This document shows, piece after piece, positions 62,930 to 64,000 of a stretch of 64,000 nt of DNA. The DNA comes from Setoptus koraiensis (Eukaryota > Animalia > Arthropoda). Location: positions 9,982,001-10,046,000 of the forward strand of contig CM106585.1 in NCBI GenBank assembly GCA_048013815.1, given 5' to 3'. Position 1 is the stretch's first letter. Every line of letters begins with the position of its first letter. Under the pieces are notes generated by a model. The model was not told where the DNA came from. It saw nothing but the letters and a program-made list of their open reading frames with translations, and ran no database searches. The position numbers and the translations under genes were made by a program.

Positions 62930-63250
62930 CCACAATCTTGAGCTGTCGTGTTGGCTCTCAGTCAGCTGTCAGCGTCCCACTCTGCCAAAGAGAGCGAGAG
63001 TTTGGCTCGTCGCTGCGACAGAAACGAGCGATCAGTGCGTTCGGGGGCGAGATATCGCGTACAACGAATTCGCTTGGAATCGCGGTTGCTTGGAAACTGT
63101 CGCGAAAAGTGAACGAAATTCGTTTGATAAAATACGAAACTCGGATAAAGTAAAACTCGGATAAAATAAAACAAAAATTTGTTCGTGTTGTGCGTCGTCC
63201 ACGGAGCACACGTAGCCGCTGCATCTTGTTGTGTTAGCATTACGTAACTA
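62930..63250 (+). promoter_or_regulatory. Possible promoter / 5'-UTR segment
   Basis: Initiator-like TCAGTC near 62958, followed by repeat-poor CG/AAA-rich leader-like sequence; no downstream CDS identified. Confidence 0.15.
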
Positions 63251-63790
63251 ATGTCGAACAGCAGCCCCATTTCTAAAGTGAGGCTGTTGCGTAAAAAAAC
63301 ACGACGTGCAGCACGGCTGAAGGTGCAGAGACGGCCCGAGCCGTGGCTTGCGTAATCGTTAAGTCAGTCTTATAGGGCCACCATAAGGCACACACAGTAT
63401 GGTTGTTGTTGTTGTCAGTGACAGCAGTGGCCAAAAAGAAGCTCGACTGCGATTGTCATGTGTGCACTGCTGGCCACTTATAGGCCACTATCTATTGTGC
63501 GTGACAATTGATAGCAGCCACTCCAGAGAGACCTATATACACATGGCCGTCATTATTATGTAACAAGCTTTAGTTGCGTAACAACGACACAGCATTCGAT
63601 GCACTCCGACTGCAACAGAAACAACAACAACTGAAGATAATTCAAAAAACAGAATGGGCACACAGAGAAGATTTGAATGGGCTTCGGCTCATGCAAAGAT
63701 GATGTCACATCATGTATTCACTTGTGAATTGCCGATTGGGCCGCTGCGAATTCGAAAATTCGCCTTCGAATTTGCCTTTGAGTTGGCGGG

Positions 63791-63824
<34 letters not shown>

Positions 63825-64000
63825 GCTGCGAACGTTCGCATCTATTCACAGAATGTGACTTTGTGAATTCGATCGTCGCAGGCACAATTGCGACAACAGT
63901 GGCAGTAGTAATTCGACGACAAGAAAAAAACAAGTCGCCATGGGGGGGGGGAAAGCACCTGAAATTGGGTGGACCAATTGCGTGCATCTGAAGTGACACT

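Overview
Eukaryotic (animal) genomic DNA, not prokaryotic: GT-AG introns of about 107-168 nt, polyQ/polyN tracts, AATAAA signals and dense microsatellites. The compact gene architecture and intron-poor housekeeping genes suggest an arthropod, probably an acariform mite; this is inference and was not verified. Four genes are supported: a minus-strand vesicular monoamine transporter (VMAT/SLC18A, 6 exons visible, running off the left edge) with an exceptionally long N-terminus and TM1-TM2 lumenal loop; the eIF5-mimic BZW/krasavietz (2 coding exons); an intronless TTC27; and a small orphan U1/JAZ-type zinc-finger ORF. The 1.9-kb spacer between BZW and TTC27 is non-repetitive and carries two long inverted-repeat structures, possibly an unrecognised structured RNA. 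From about 15 to 64 kb the sequence is mostly low-complexity, CpG/GGCC-rich non-coding DNA with many tandem and perfect inverted micro-duplications, and I could recognise no conserved exon there. The exception is a repeat-poor island at about 46.1-48.7 kb with two clear and one probable co-oriented small signal-peptide genes (orphan secreted peptide or effector candidates). Most ORFs in the supplied track are repeat artefacts. All analysis was by eye.
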